Counted from the first letter of the stretch, positions 38,904-52,200 are shown. The stretch is 64,000 nucleotides of DNA from Octopus bimaculoides (GCF_001194135.2 NC_068987.1:49672518-49736517); one strand, 5' to 3'. The notes: generated from the letters alone by a model not told the origin. Numbers and translations: made by a program.

Positions 38904-39262
38904 TAAGTAGCTTGCTTACCAACCACACGGTTCTGGGTTCAGTCCCACTGCGTGGCACCTTGGGCAAGTGTCTTCTACTATAGCCTCAGGCCGACCAAAG
39001 CCTTGTGAGTGGAAACTGTAAGAAGCCCGTCGTGTATATGTATATATATATATGTATGTGTGTTTGCGTGTCTGTGTTTGCCCCCCCCCACCATTGCTTG
39101 ACAACCGATGGTGGTGTGTTTACGTCCCCGTAACTTAGCGGTTCGGCAAAAGAGACCGATAGAATAAGTACTAGGCTTCCAAAGAATAAGTCCTGGGGTC
39201 GATTTGCTCGATTAAAGGCGGTGATCCAGCATGGCCGCAGTCAAATGACTGAAACAAGTAAA
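38904..39262 (+). mobile_element. tRNA/CORE-type SINE (family A)
   Basis: TAAGTAGCTTGCTTACCAACCAC...GGTTCAGTCCCACTGCGTGGCACCTTGGGCAAGT...GACTGAAACAAGTAAA. Confidence 0.88.
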
Positions 39263-39786
39263 NNNNNNNNNNNNNNNNNNNNNNNNNNNNNNNNNNNNNN
39301 NNNNNNNNNNNNNNNNNNNNNNNNNNNNNNNNNNNNNNNNNNNNNNNNNNNNNNNNNNNNNNNNNNNNNNNNNNNNNNNNNNNNNNNNNNNNNNNNNNNN
39401 NNNNNNNNNNNNNNNNNNNNNNNNNNNNNNNNNNNNNNNNNNNNNNNNNNNNNNNNNNNNNNNNNNNNNNNNNNNNNNNNNNNNNNNNNNNNNNNNNNNN
39501 NNNNNNNNNNNNNNNNNNNNNNNNNNNNNNNNNNNNNNNNNNNNNNNNNNNNNNNNNNNNNNNNNNNNNNNNNNNNNNNNNNNNNNNNNNNNNNNNNNNN
39601 NNNNNNNNNNNNNNNNNNNNNNNNNNNNNNNNNNNNNNNNNNNNNNNNNNNNNNNNNNNNNNNNNNNNNNNNNNNNNNNNNNNNNNNNNNNNNNNNNNNN
39701 NNNNNNNNNNNNNNNNNNNNNNNNNNNNNNNNNNNNNNNNNNNNNNNNNNNNNNNNNNNNNNNNNNNNNNNNNNNNNNNNNNNNNT

Positions 39787-42480
39787 ATCAAGTTCGAAAG
39801 CTCCGGGCACTGTACAAGAGCGTGTAGAACGCTTTCATCGTCCTGCCCTCACCTTGGGCATACCGGTAACAGGTAACGCACTCCTATAGCACTACCAGGT
39901 AAGGAATTTCTGGTAGTTATCCAGGTATCCCGGCCTGAAAGTTCTTTGAAACAGGTTGGTTAGTTGCCGCTCATCGAGCCCCAGAGTATCCTAGGACGTC
40001 ATCCCTCTTGAACTCTACCAGCCCCTTTATAGAATATCGAGGTGGTATTCCCGCAGCCGGCCTTATGGATTAGCACGAGTGAGTGTATAACGTTCAGTCG
40101 TATAACGTCTTTTAATGAAGTCGAGTTTGAGTTCCTCCAAGGAGGCCAGTCGTGGAAAGAATTCCTCCGCCAGCGAATTCCACACCTGATCACCATCCAA
40201 ATAGAGCCAGAGGTGCCTTAGCCTCAGCGCATGCCTGCACATCATTAGCCACGGCATCCCTAACCCACCCTTTAGCGGTTCTTGGCAGCAAACAGAGCGC
40301 CTCACAAGCGGTTTCCTCCCCTCCACAAAAAGCGGAAGAGAAGGCGTCCTAACTTGCTTAGCCACGAATCAGAGCAAAGGACAACAGTCAGACAGTAGGT
40401 GATAACATGCAATATACACCTGCACCACCTCCGCCCTCCCTTTCAGGGATAGCACCCTTCCAGACCAGGTCCGGATTAGGGCCTCCACCCTATCTGCCAC
40501 CTCACTACGATTCTTCTCCGTCTGAGAATCCGGTCCAAATTAGATTCCAAGCAACTTAACAGGACCGTCCGTCCAGTGCCCACGACACTGGACGTTATAG
40601 TCTTGCCACTCCAGGTGACGAGCCGCAAGCCGATGGACTTGTCCTTGTTAATTTTTGCCCTTGGCACTGCCTCGTATCCTTTGATTGCATTCTCTACACA
40701 AGGTAGCTGAGCTTCATCGGACACGGTGATGGTGACGTTATCCGCCTATGCAGAAACAGATTTACCACATCCCAATTCATTGGGGATACCCCCAAACTCT
40801 CCAACCTCCGCAGCCATGGCTCAAGAGCCAGTACATACAGAAGCGGAGACAAGGGGCACCCTTAACGAACCGAGCTTTCGATCCTAAACCGACAGGTAAC
40901 CACGGAAGTCCGGGCCTAGCCCAGCCGCCTCGAGGACCGCCGCCAGGTACTGGTGGTGTACCCTATCAAAAGCTTTACTTCGGTCTAAATGGACCAATGC
41001 CTCACCTTTACCAGATAATTTACCAACCCTGTCTAAGGTCTAACATAGGATTGTCCTGGATCGACCTGCCTGGGATGGCGCATGTCTGCGCCCTCCCAAC
41101 AAGCTTCTCCGCTAAACACACCAACCTCTTCGCTAGCACCTTGGCCAAAATCTTTAACTCTACGTCAAGTAGAGTTATAGGCCTAAAATTACTAATATGN
41201 NNNNNNNNNNNNNNNNNNNNNNNNNNNNNNNNNNNNNNNNNNNNNNNNNNNNNNNNNNNNNNNNNNNNNNNNNNNNNNNNNNNNNNNNNNNNNNNNNNNN
41301 NNNNNNNNNNNNNNNNNNNNNNNNNNNNNNNNNNNNNNNNNNNNNNNNNNNNNNNNNNNNNNNNNNNNNNNNNNNNNNNNNNNNNNNNNNNNNNNNNNNN
41401 NNNNNNNNNNNNNNNNNNNNNNNNNNNNNNNNNNNNNNNNNNNNNNNNNNNNNNNNNNNNNNNNNNNNNNNNNNNNNNNNNNNNNNNNNNNNNNNNNNNN
41501 NNNNNNNNNNNNNNNNNNNNNNNNNNNNNNNNNNNNNNNNNNNNNNNNNNNNNNNNNNNNNNNNNNNNNNNNNNNNNNNNNNNNNNNNNNNNNNNNNNNN
41601 NNNNNNNCGACTCTCCCCACCGCACGAAGCTTAGCTCTGACTCTACACCCTTCGTGTTTGGCTTTGAGATGACGGAAAAAGACCGCTTTCGCCGCCATCA
41701 CTCTGAATGCAGAGCCGGATTTCATGGTCTCATCTAATTCCTTAATAAAGGTCCCTTCTAGTCTAGTCTTATCTAGACTTAACTGTTTACTAAATCTAAT
41801 AGACTCAGAACGAATGGCTCGCTTGAGGGCACACCACCACCTATTATTAATAATGGCACCGGTTAATGCCCTCTGCACTAACTCCTTAACCCTGGCACGG
41901 AAGGTTTTACAAGTCAAAATAGACTTGTTCATCTTCCAGTACCCTGCTCCCTCCCTATGACACTTATCTAGGTATACCTCACACGTCACAAACTTGTGAT
42001 CCGTGTGAGAGACACAACAAAAGCGTGGACAACTAAACTTATTCCTTTCTCTATCCCTAACGAATATTCTATCTATATAAGATCTGAGTGAACCGTCGTT
42101 ATTAGTCCACGAGCGGTTCATCCAATCTGTGTCGGTCTACTAGATTATAGCGTCCTAGTAGTCTTTCGAGACCAGGGCTTCTCCTTCTATCGGTCGAGCC
42201 AACACTATCCACCTGTGCGTTGAGAATAGTGTTAAAGTCTCCTGGTACAACTAGAGTTTTTGACGTCACTAATAAGTTCTCCAGGTCCCGGTAAAAACCA
42301 GCCTGTCTATACTCTTCTGGTGAGTAGACAGCTACCAAACTGAAGGACTGTTTACTTACGTGTGTCACATCCATAATGACCAGCCTACCTTCTGGGTCCA
42401 GAAAGACTGTACTTACCTGCACGTCCACGCAATAACAATGAACATTAGATAACAAATTAAATTCACAAACACGCAGCAGC
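39787..42480 (-). mobile_element. L1/Tx1-clade LINE ORF2 (endonuclease + reverse transcriptase), 5'-truncated and frameshifted
   Basis: DPEGRLVI, VPGDFN, SYIDRIF, GYWKMN, FRPITLLDVELKILAKVLAKRL, AKINKDKS; internal N gap. Confidence 0.9.
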
Positions 42481-42735
42481 CAAAAGGAGATGTACCTAAG
42501 AGATGATTCTTTATTACAATCATTATATATCACACATAGGTGGGACAATACAGGACATTACAAGCAAATGGTGCGTTTATGAGTTCTTTTAAAAATATGA
42601 TGATGAATGTTATATTTTTAAAATTTACAAATTTTTCAAATTTACCCTTACAGCTACACCATACTGTTTACCAAACAGTTACACCATGCATTTTTTTTTT
42701 TTTTACCATGGATGAGACTAAACTTTCGGGCCTTG

Positions 42736-42965
42736 GGATCTTTACCCTTTGAACGGCACATCGAGAAATTAATTTTTTGTAACTAAACACTTTCAAATTT
42801 GGGACACTGGTAGAATGTGTCATATAAAACATCTTTTACTCTTGGCGTTTTTAAGAAAATTGTCTATTTTGAAAGTTATTTCGTGTTAAAGTTGTCGTAT
42901 TTCGGTAATTTCAACCAATCAATGATATGTATTCAGCTGAATAAAATTACTGCTGTTGTTTGTCG
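42736..42965. mobile_element. Truncated left arm of the same GGATCT-TIR element
   Basis: Closely matches 33895-34125. Confidence 0.8.
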
Positions 42966-44954
42966 AGGAGGGTTGTCATTGGATGTGCTAGGAACAACAG
43001 CCAAATCGCCCTTAAATCACTTTTTCTTCTGAAAATATTAACAATTTAAAAAAATATTTTTACTGAAAATGCTCTTCCATTGGTTTTGAAGTTGCAAAAA
43101 AATTTGACGAATATAGGTCCGGAGTGGGATGATGAGGGAGGGGGTGTAAAAAAATTTTCACACAAAGATGCCCCACCCCACCCCCATCATTTTGAAAGTC
43201 GTGGTTTTAAAAAAAATGGGGGAAATCCCCGAAAAAATTTTCCCCACAAATTTCTTTATAATCGTAATCTATGCCGTTTGAAAGGATGTGTATAAATTTT
43301 CATTAAAAAATACCCAACTTCCTGAAAGTTATGAGGGGAAAATGTCAGATCATGTGAATTTTTCCTATATACCCTGAAACCACAATATCTAAACAGTATT
43401 TTGTTAAAAAGTATCCATTTTTGTGGATGTTATGAGGCAACAAATTCGGGGGCGTATACATCTGTAGTAATGCCCTTTTATTTCTACGATTTTTTCATTT
43501 CATGTTTATTTCATTCATTGTTTGCAATGCTCGCTCTCTCTCTCTCTCTCTCTCTCTTTCTTTCTCTCACATACACACACACATTACAAAGCTTACAGAT
43601 GGGCTGCTGAATTGAAATCACTATATTACTTTGAGGGGAAGGTAAAACTTGACAAACTGCTCTCCCTCAGTTGTTGGACTACCGTGATGTTCGTTTAAAA
43701 AGAGAGATTATGACTGTGATAAAATAATGAAAGCAATATTTAATAAGCAAGTGAGCACTATTATACAAAGAAATAATTAGATGTAAAATATAAAAATTAT
43801 TAGAAATGGGAAATAAATGTGAAAATATTACCAAGGGGCCGGCAGAAAACCGCCCTCCGGGCGGTCTTTCTGCTATTATATATAATAAACATATATGTAC
43901 ATGTGTTTGGAAATGTACAAGTAACGATTAAAAGTTTGTATGAGCCGGTGCGTGTGTGTGTGTAAATGGTGACTATATACAGTGTCATATAAACATATAC
44001 ATACATACGTAAAAACATTATTCTACTTGTTTTGCCAATAGTGTATATTTCAGTAAGCTTGTGCCAGTTTTACCTATTTTTTCATTTGTGCCATTTTAAC
44101 CGTTCGCCGTACAGATACATATACAATTTTTTTAGAAACGTGTGATAGATGTTCCTCTGGGAACACTATTGTATCAAGTTACAGATAACTATCTCCTTCT
44201 ATGTTTGCACTTGTGTGTTTGTGTGTGTGTGTTTGTATGTATCTATTGAGAGAAAAACAGAAATTTTATATATATATATATATAATACAAAGAATATATA
44301 TACATGTATACACACATATATGTACATACTTACATCTACATGTGTATATACATGCATATCAGGGTACAGGACGTTAGAACAATAAACTACAGACAACGGA
44401 ACGAACATATAGGAAAACGGAAAGCCACTTGGAATATCCCTTCATCAGCTGTCTCTATTCTATCTAGACGTTTCGAAGATAAGACAGAACGTACTCTAGA
44501 ATAGTCTCTTCCTGAGTAGTGGATCAACCCACTACACAGAGGATTCCAAGGTGGCAAACACAAACCAAGACAGGAAGAAATGGACAGTGAAAACAACATT
44601 CAAAAGCCGTACGGCCAAACGCAAATCTGAGGTAGAACNNNNNNNNNNNNNNNNNNNNNNNNNNNNNNNNNNNNNNNNNNNNNNNNNNNNNNNNNNNNNN
44701 NNNNNNNNNNNNNNNNNNNNNNNNNNNNNNNNNNNNNNNGTGGAGGGAGGAAGTGGAACAAGGAGGAAGGGACAGAAGGGTATAGCAGTGAAGTAGAGGC
44801 CAGGACAGAGGTATAGATAGAATTAATATATATATATATATATATATATAAAACAGGGTTATCTACCTTATCTTTCAGATATTCCAGAGATACTTCAGAG
44901 ATCCCTTTTTTTTTTTTTTTCCAGACTCATAGATTTAGCATCTAACCATGATCA

Positions 44955-45420
44955 CTCAATGGCTTGAGTGTGTGCTCCAGTCACTGGATCCGCATAATGT
45001 CGTTGCCTGTGATAACCTATGGCATTTAAATTATTATAAGCGGGCCACTCGTCTGAATGAATTAGTGAACCTTTTTCACAGTCTCTTTCAATGATTAGGT
45101 TCAGACTGTTCCCGTCACATCGTTCCACACAGAAGTATCGACACTCTGAGACCAAAAACCCACGGCCCATCAATTCTACGTGTATGGTTCCTGTTGTATC
45201 GTTGTTCTGCATTACTGTCTTCGAAGAAAGGAGCGTTGTCGCTATTCAGCATTCTTCCTCAACTGTATTTTCGTCGAGCAGCAAATCTTGCTTCATCGAT
45301 CTGAATGGGGTTATCGTTTGTCCCAACCATCTTCCCCTTGTCGTTCATGATAAACTATGACTCCACACACCTCGCGGCACATATTGTACCAGTCAGTTGT
45401 GTTTTTAGTTTTTTCCTGTT
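44955..45420 (-). mobile_element. Merlin (IS1016/IS1595-like) transposase remnant
   Basis: DWYNMCREVC, IQIDEARFAARRKY.*GR, WVFGL, SLIHSDEWPAYNNL..IGY, DPVTGAHTQAIE. Confidence 0.88.
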
Positions 45421-45599
45421 AGAGTCACTGCTGTGGTCATGGGTATATCCATGACAAAGAAAAATATTAGCTCTAAAATCTCACTTAGGCTCAGCTTGCA
45501 GTTTAATTTGTTAATGTCCGTATAATGGAAAAAAATTGGTTTCCTTTATTAACTGAACATATAAGGTAGATAACTCTGACAACCCGTATACTGCTAGCA

Positions 45600-45850
45600 T
45601 AAAATTTGATTATGAGACACGTGTTTGCCAAGTTTGTGCCAAAACTGCTTTCAGCTGACCAAAAAGACATTCAGGTTTCATTTGCACAAAATCTTGATTG
45701 CATCGAAAACGATGAAAACTTTGCGTAGGCCTCTGAGCAGGTATTGCCAAGTTTTTGGCAAAAGTTGATGCAGATTATTTGCTCAACTTTCTGTCATGGC
45801 CAGTGTGACGATCACACACTACACACCTTCCTTCCAAGCACTGCTGTAAA
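45600..45850 (+). mobile_element. Mariner transposase fragment
   Basis: RHVFAKFVPKLLSADQK motif. Confidence 0.6.
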
Positions 45851-48800
45851 CAACGGAAGTGAGCTAGTGCGCATGCACAGCAGAGTTAAAGGTTAATCTG
45901 TGCCAACAGTTCGGATACTTATTGATCAGACCACGTATATAGACAATAGAGATGGCTGGTTAATATAGTGTACCGGCACAGTTTGGGGTACCTTAGATTT
46001 CGAAATACATATCTGTAAACAACTGTTTAATACCTTCTCTCCTGAAAACTTGCTGCACCAGATAACTGTGCGTGTACATAAGTGCGTCCGAGTATGAACG
46101 TGCATATACATATGCATGTTCAGTCAAGAATTAAAGCAGTTGAAGGGAGATAACTCAGGCTACTGTTTCTACTATTTCAAAACAAGATTTGTAATGTAAG
46201 CTGTTACATGCTGAGATGCAACCGCCTCTAAGCAGTTGTTGCTTTGCCTCAAATCAGTTTCAAGTGAGCAAACTTATGAAATATGAATTACCATTCCATC
46301 TTTTCCCTCAATCATTGAGTATCCAGGTCCACACTAACAAATGTTCTATTTAAAAAATATATACTTGAGATTTGAAAGATAAATGACAGCTCTTTCTAGC
46401 AGGTTATCTCGTTTGCTCAAAGACAAAGCAAAGTTAATTGAAGAAAAAAAAACCCATTATGCTGACACTGGTTCAATTATTTTGGATTCAAAGCATTAGT
46501 AATAGATCTAATAATGCTTCGTGTCCAAAATAATTTTAAATACATTATTTCTTGTGTAGTGATAGACATGGCAGAAATGCATTATTGCCTCCATTTCAGG
46601 CATAAGCTATCCTGGGCAGTCTCAGCGATATACTGTTGCAGATATTCAGTTTGTCAGGTCATTAGAAAGTGGCCTGATAGCTGGGAGTTGGTACAATTGT
46701 TACTACACCCGACAAGCTGTTTGGTAGTATTTCGCCCATCTTTACATTCTCAGTTCAGATTTGCCTTTGATTCGGAGGTGCAGGGTAGAATAAGCACCAG
46801 TCAAATACTTGAGCTGATGTAATAGACTATCCTTATCCCAAAATTTCAAGCCTTGAAAAAGGATATTAGTAAGGATTTTTAGAAAGTGGTTAGAAAGCTG
46901 TGTGCTGGTAGAATCATTAGCACACTGCACAAGCAAGGTATAAAAGCTTAGCCAATCAGGCTTAGAGCTTTAATTCCAAAATGTTTTAGCAGCATTTCAC
47001 CCATTTTTAAGTACAGAGATCAAATTCTGCCAAGGTTGACTTTGCCTTTCATCCTCTTGGGGTCAACCAGCAGAGGTTCTGTTTAGCTTTCACTTTTCAA
47101 GTCCTTCAATTTTGTTCAACTTGATTTCAAATGTGGCATTGATGTAGTTTTGTATGCTAATTATGAACATGAAATTCATTTTTGCTTTAAATTAATTAAA
47201 AACCGTAATAACTAAGTTAGCAAATTTTGGGTAATTTTAGCCAATTGAAAGCCACAAACAGGGAATATTATGCTTCTCTGCTGCAGAAATTGCAGGACAC
47301 CATGTGGTTATAAAATCCTTCCTCACCCAACTTACTTCCTACACTCTCCAACCATAAAGTCTAATGACCCTATTTCCGAGGTAAAGTCTTGGCTCCAGAC
47401 GAGTTCTTCAAAACTGCATAAGGCAATGGGAAAAGTGTCACCATTGGTGGTGGCTATGTAGGACGAATAATTATCCCAGTCCTGGAGAAGTGAGACAAAC
47501 CTTTTCATTACCACCCCTGCTGAGTACAAATGTCTTATGTCCATAAGTTTTGAATTAAAATCGTCCAAACCTTAGTCACGTTTTCCAACAATAGCTGAAT
47601 GATAACCAAGTTATTTTACTAATTCTTTGCTATATCTAAATTGAAAGAAGCAGTGCATCTCAAAATAAATACAGTAACAAGAGGGTTAATGAATACCCCT
47701 TGTATGAATTAATCTTTTTGACTGCAAAATGAAATTCTTTGTAACTGTCATACTAACTAGTCACAAAAGAAAAAAAAAAATTTTGTAATACGTTTTCAGT
47801 ATCTCCTATATGTAGTCTTCCTACTCATCAGTTTAAGTATTTGATAAATGAAAAAATTAAGAAAATCTGAAAAATTGCCTTACAGCATAGTTTTTTCTTT
47901 CCTAAATTGTTAGAGTAAAACCCTCTTTCTGCAATTACCAAAATAAATTAACCAGCTTGATATGCCACTGTGAAGGAAGGTTTCTGATTGTCCTTGACAT
48001 CAGTGAACAGTCAAATCATTAAGCAGGTATCATCCTTCAACTACCTTGGAATTTTAATCAGATCAAAAGATGAAATGCTGGCAAAGTCTACTCTTAAAAT
48101 TGTATAACATCGTGGGAAACCATACTAGCAGCAAGACCAGGAACCGTATATTGAATTGCTATATCTGTGTAGCTAGGCATGGTCTTTAACATCAGAAATC
48201 AAGTGTTTGGAGAGCCATGAAATGTGGTTCATAATATTGAAGATAGTATGCTCGTTATCAAGACCAAACCATTATTGATACTCTTTCCCAGTTGGAAATT
48301 GGGTAAAAACACTAGTGCTAGTTTATCAATGCCACAGGATGAAATGCAAAATCTTGGTGTAAAAAGTACTGGAAAAAAAAAAAAAAAAAGAGATCCTACA
48401 CTAATAATTTTGCTAATTCACTTTCCTTACGTTTGTCATCGAAATGGCTATTTAAAGAAAACAATGGGAAAAGATTACTTCTGGAAGGTTTTGAGGCTTC
48501 CGTTGATTTGCTCCCCGCTTTTATACAAATCTCAATAAGTCTCACTGGACGGAAGACAAGACAATGACTTCTGCAGTCTCAAACATGAAATTTTCATTAA
48601 TGAGAAAATTTGCTCCCTTACAATTTTTTTTTGCCATGTACCCCTCTCATGAGCTAGGTGACTCGCCAGTTTTGCTCCTTAGCTGTAACATTGTCATGTC
48701 CCTTTACATTTTTCATTTGCTTTCGAACACTGCTTAAGCTTCAATCCCATTGCATAAGTACCTTCCTTTTATGAACCCAAGCCTTGAGGGGTAGAAAAAG

Positions 48801-49187
48801 TTTCATGTCATGCACGTCTCCACCTTGAAAATTGCAAGACGGTTGTAAAAGAGAATCACTGTTCTATAAGCAATGTTTCCATTCTAATGAGAAAAAATAG
48901 CATTTACTTGAAAATATGAGGACTAATGACAGGAAGGACATCCAGTCAGAAAACTTGCCTCAACTTTCATCCAACTCATGAAAGCATGTAAAAGTACACA
49001 TTAAGGCAATGCAGAGATCCTCAAATAGTTGTAACATTAAAATGTAGTAAAAGCAAAAGGCTGCTAAACCCCTCTGCAGATATAAAGAACTATAGGAAAT
49101 AGTAACAGTTTATCATTTTCCGTAACAAAAGGAATAACAAAAAAAACATGTCTATGGTCACTTTTTTTATTATTGACTTTTCAAACA

Positions 49188-49229
49188 CTATGTAGCTTCC
49201 TCCTTAAGACGATCCTTTTTGAGGGGACC
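49188..49229 (-). CDS. RPL3: RPL3 exon 8 coding part
   Basis: ttttacag|GGTCCCCTC...ACA TAG; [13 protein letters not shown]. Confidence 0.96.
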   Translation of the reverse strand, partial: GPLKKDRLKEEAT

Positions 49230-52200
49230 CTGTAAAAGAAAATGTATTTTTGTAAGTATAATTTAAGATACTGTTCAGTTTGTATAATAAACAGTAAAAT
49301 GAACATGTATCAGCCATTGGCGTCAGAGTAATGGTAAATATCACACTCTAAGCATTTAGACTGAGCTTTAATATTCGAGACTCACAGCACCAAGAAATTA
49401 CCTACAAACATCTCAGTGACTCTTGAGCTCGGAAAACTAAAATATCAGACTGCATATTTAAATAATTCAAACAAGGAACTTTACACAAACATTCTCACAT
49501 ACAGACATGTCAACTTTAACCAGATTTCAATTCATCACAAAAACAATATAACACTTACCATAAAGTTTCTCTTCTCAGCCAATGTTTGGAAGCGACCATT
49601 TCCAAATTTACTGGCAGTGTCAATAAACTTCAATGTTATCTTCTCCAGAGCCTTACGCTTGAAGTGAGTCAGGAGAGACTAAAAAAAAAGGAACAAATTT
49701 TAAAAATGTTGACAAGTTTGGTTCCCAACCAGGTATTTTGGTTTCAATCCAACTGTGACACGTTCAAGTTTAACAATGAAGGGAAAAAATACTAGCAAAA
49801 TATAGACTAAGCTACAACCTCCAGTATAAACGGTAAAGACCACATTGAAACATGACAAAGACATTCTTTCCATACACGTTCATGTTGAATCGTCCAATCG
49901 ATGCCAGCATGGAAGAGACGTTGAAACAATTACTGTTTAATGGCAAGACCTTGGCAAGTATTTAGTGCATAAGCAAACTTGTGTTTACTAAGACTGATCA
50001 TACGTAAGCAATTTCATATATCTAATAGTTTTCTATGTGATCTAATTTTGAGTAGAACATTTACAATTTTAATGGAATTCAGGATATTTACCTTACGCAT
50101 AGTAAGAATCCTTTTTCTGGGTCCCATAACACAGCCTTTTAACATCAGGAAATCTTGATTCACTTTACCATAGTGGGGGAAGCCACCGACAGGAGTGATG
50201 GATTTGTCAGTTGGATCATATTCAGTAGCAGCGTTGTTCTTTACTACTTTACCATCATGGGTGTGAATACCACGACCAACACGATAGATTTTTTTGTTGA
50301 TCTCAGTACGATGATGATAACCTTTCTGACCAGCTCTTGCTACAGAATACTGGACTCTGCTAGGATGCCAAGCACCAATACAAGCAACTTTTCGCAAACC
50401 TTTGTGAGTTTTCCTGGGCAGTTTTTTGGTATGCCAACGAGATGTAACACCTGAAAAGATAAATTGAAATTTCTCCTTGAGTATATTAGAAATTACGTAT
50501 CAAGAAAGAAGCTCCCAAAGATACAAGTAGCAACACCCCATCCCCGCAACGTAAATACTAGTTTTCCAGTAGAACCTACTCACCTTTCATACCCTTGCCA
50601 CGGGTCACACCAATTACATCAATTAATTCATCTTGCTGGAAGACATCAGCAATGGATATTGGCTTCTCCAAGTTGGCTCTAGCCCACTTCACCTTATCTT
50701 CAGTGGTGCCACCATTCAGCTGAATTTCACAAATATGTGCCTTCTTGGTACGCTTCCTGAGTTGGCGAATCTAAAATGTAGAAAATTTCTAGTTCTAAGC
50801 AAATGTGAAACATTTAACCATACCATAGTTGACTCGTTTCAAATAACTTTCCAATGTAAAATTACTTTTGTAATTAAGCTAGTTTTAAAATTAAAATGAA
50901 ATTTTTTTTTATGTAGGATTTTAGTTTAGACTTTAATATCTAGGATGAAGAATTTCAAGTACATATTAGCTTTCAGTTATCAAACTGTTAAAATTGATAT
51001 TTTGTGAACTCACCTGAGTATGGACGATAATCCTAATGGTGTTGCAATAACGGATCAGCTTTTGATAATCCTTTTCAATACTCTTCTTGCCAGCTGCATC
51101 TTGGTACTTCTTGGCGTATTTGGTATATGCCTTCCTCTTAGAGCGAGACCTTTAAAGTAGGATGGTAATAAGTAGCAAGCCTCATCACGTAAGAACAGTG
51201 AGCGGAGACTCGTTACATCAAGCAACTCAGCTCAGTCAAGCCAGCCGCAAAGTAAATGCTAAATACGTAAGGACAGTTCACACAACCTTTGTGCCAAACA
51301 ATTAAGTAACTAGCATTGACTTCAAAGACCAGATGAGAGGAACTATACCATTGCTTATCTGCAGACTTGCTATGCATTTATGCGGTATAGTCCTACAAGA
51401 GAAACAGTCAGCACAATTTAAGACATGCATGTCAGATAAAATAAGTAATCCTTTATGGGAGATTTAAAAAATGTAAAAAATTAAAGGGAAAATAACAAGG
51501 GGAGTTAAGTCAACGTACACATAACCAAAAAGTGAACAAATGTCTTTCTCTGGTGAAAACATTCAATCTATCGCATCACAAAAAATTCATGAAGCTTGCT
51601 CTTGAAAATGAAGCTACACGAAACATTGGTTGCTTTCTCCAGTGTCGGCCGAGCTAAAGATCATGGACCGTACCCCCATTGCGATTTTTTGTTTTCTTTT
51701 TCACAGGAACACAGTATACCGAGGGCGGCGATTCCGAATCTGCATTTCAAAATTTAAATCCTCCTTCCTCCCACCTAAATTTTCTTTCAAAACTTTTTGG
51801 CGAAATACGTAAAAAAAAAAATACGAAACCTGAAAAAAAGTTCTGTAAAATTTCGATTAAAAAAAAACCCAACCGTCCCCTCCGACATCTGACAAGTGAA
51901 ATTAAAGTGTTTTCTCTACTGCGTCATGCAGAACATATGGTTGAGGGTCTTTTGGAATTAAGAGAGGTATGTAAAAATTAGATTTCTTGCACACAACAAA
52001 ATGTCATTAAAAAAATTCTCTTTTGGTAATTCGTATTTAAAAAGTTGATCCTCGGTTTCGCTTGTCAGATTTCCGGTTGGGGCTAGTTTAGTAACTCGTA
52101 TTAAAATTTTGAAAACGTGTTTGTAGCATGTCAGGTTTTCTGTTTATATACTTTTTGCGTCTGCTATTTTATAATTCTATGCATGCGTGAAACATTGGTA

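Noticed and set aside
40748-41737. 329-aa plus-strand ORF
   Set aside because: It is antisense to the L1/Tx1 reverse transcriptase and inflated by an N gap.
44430-44460. CTGATGAAGG hammerhead-like start on the minus strand (a similar remnant lies at ~21117 on the plus strand)
   Set aside because: No correctly placed GAAA or stem II, so at best these are decayed Penelope ends.
51150-51192. C-box-like GTGATGA in RPL3 intron 3
   Set aside because: It lies only ~33 nt from the acceptor with no downstream CTGA, so there is no room for a C/D snoRNA.
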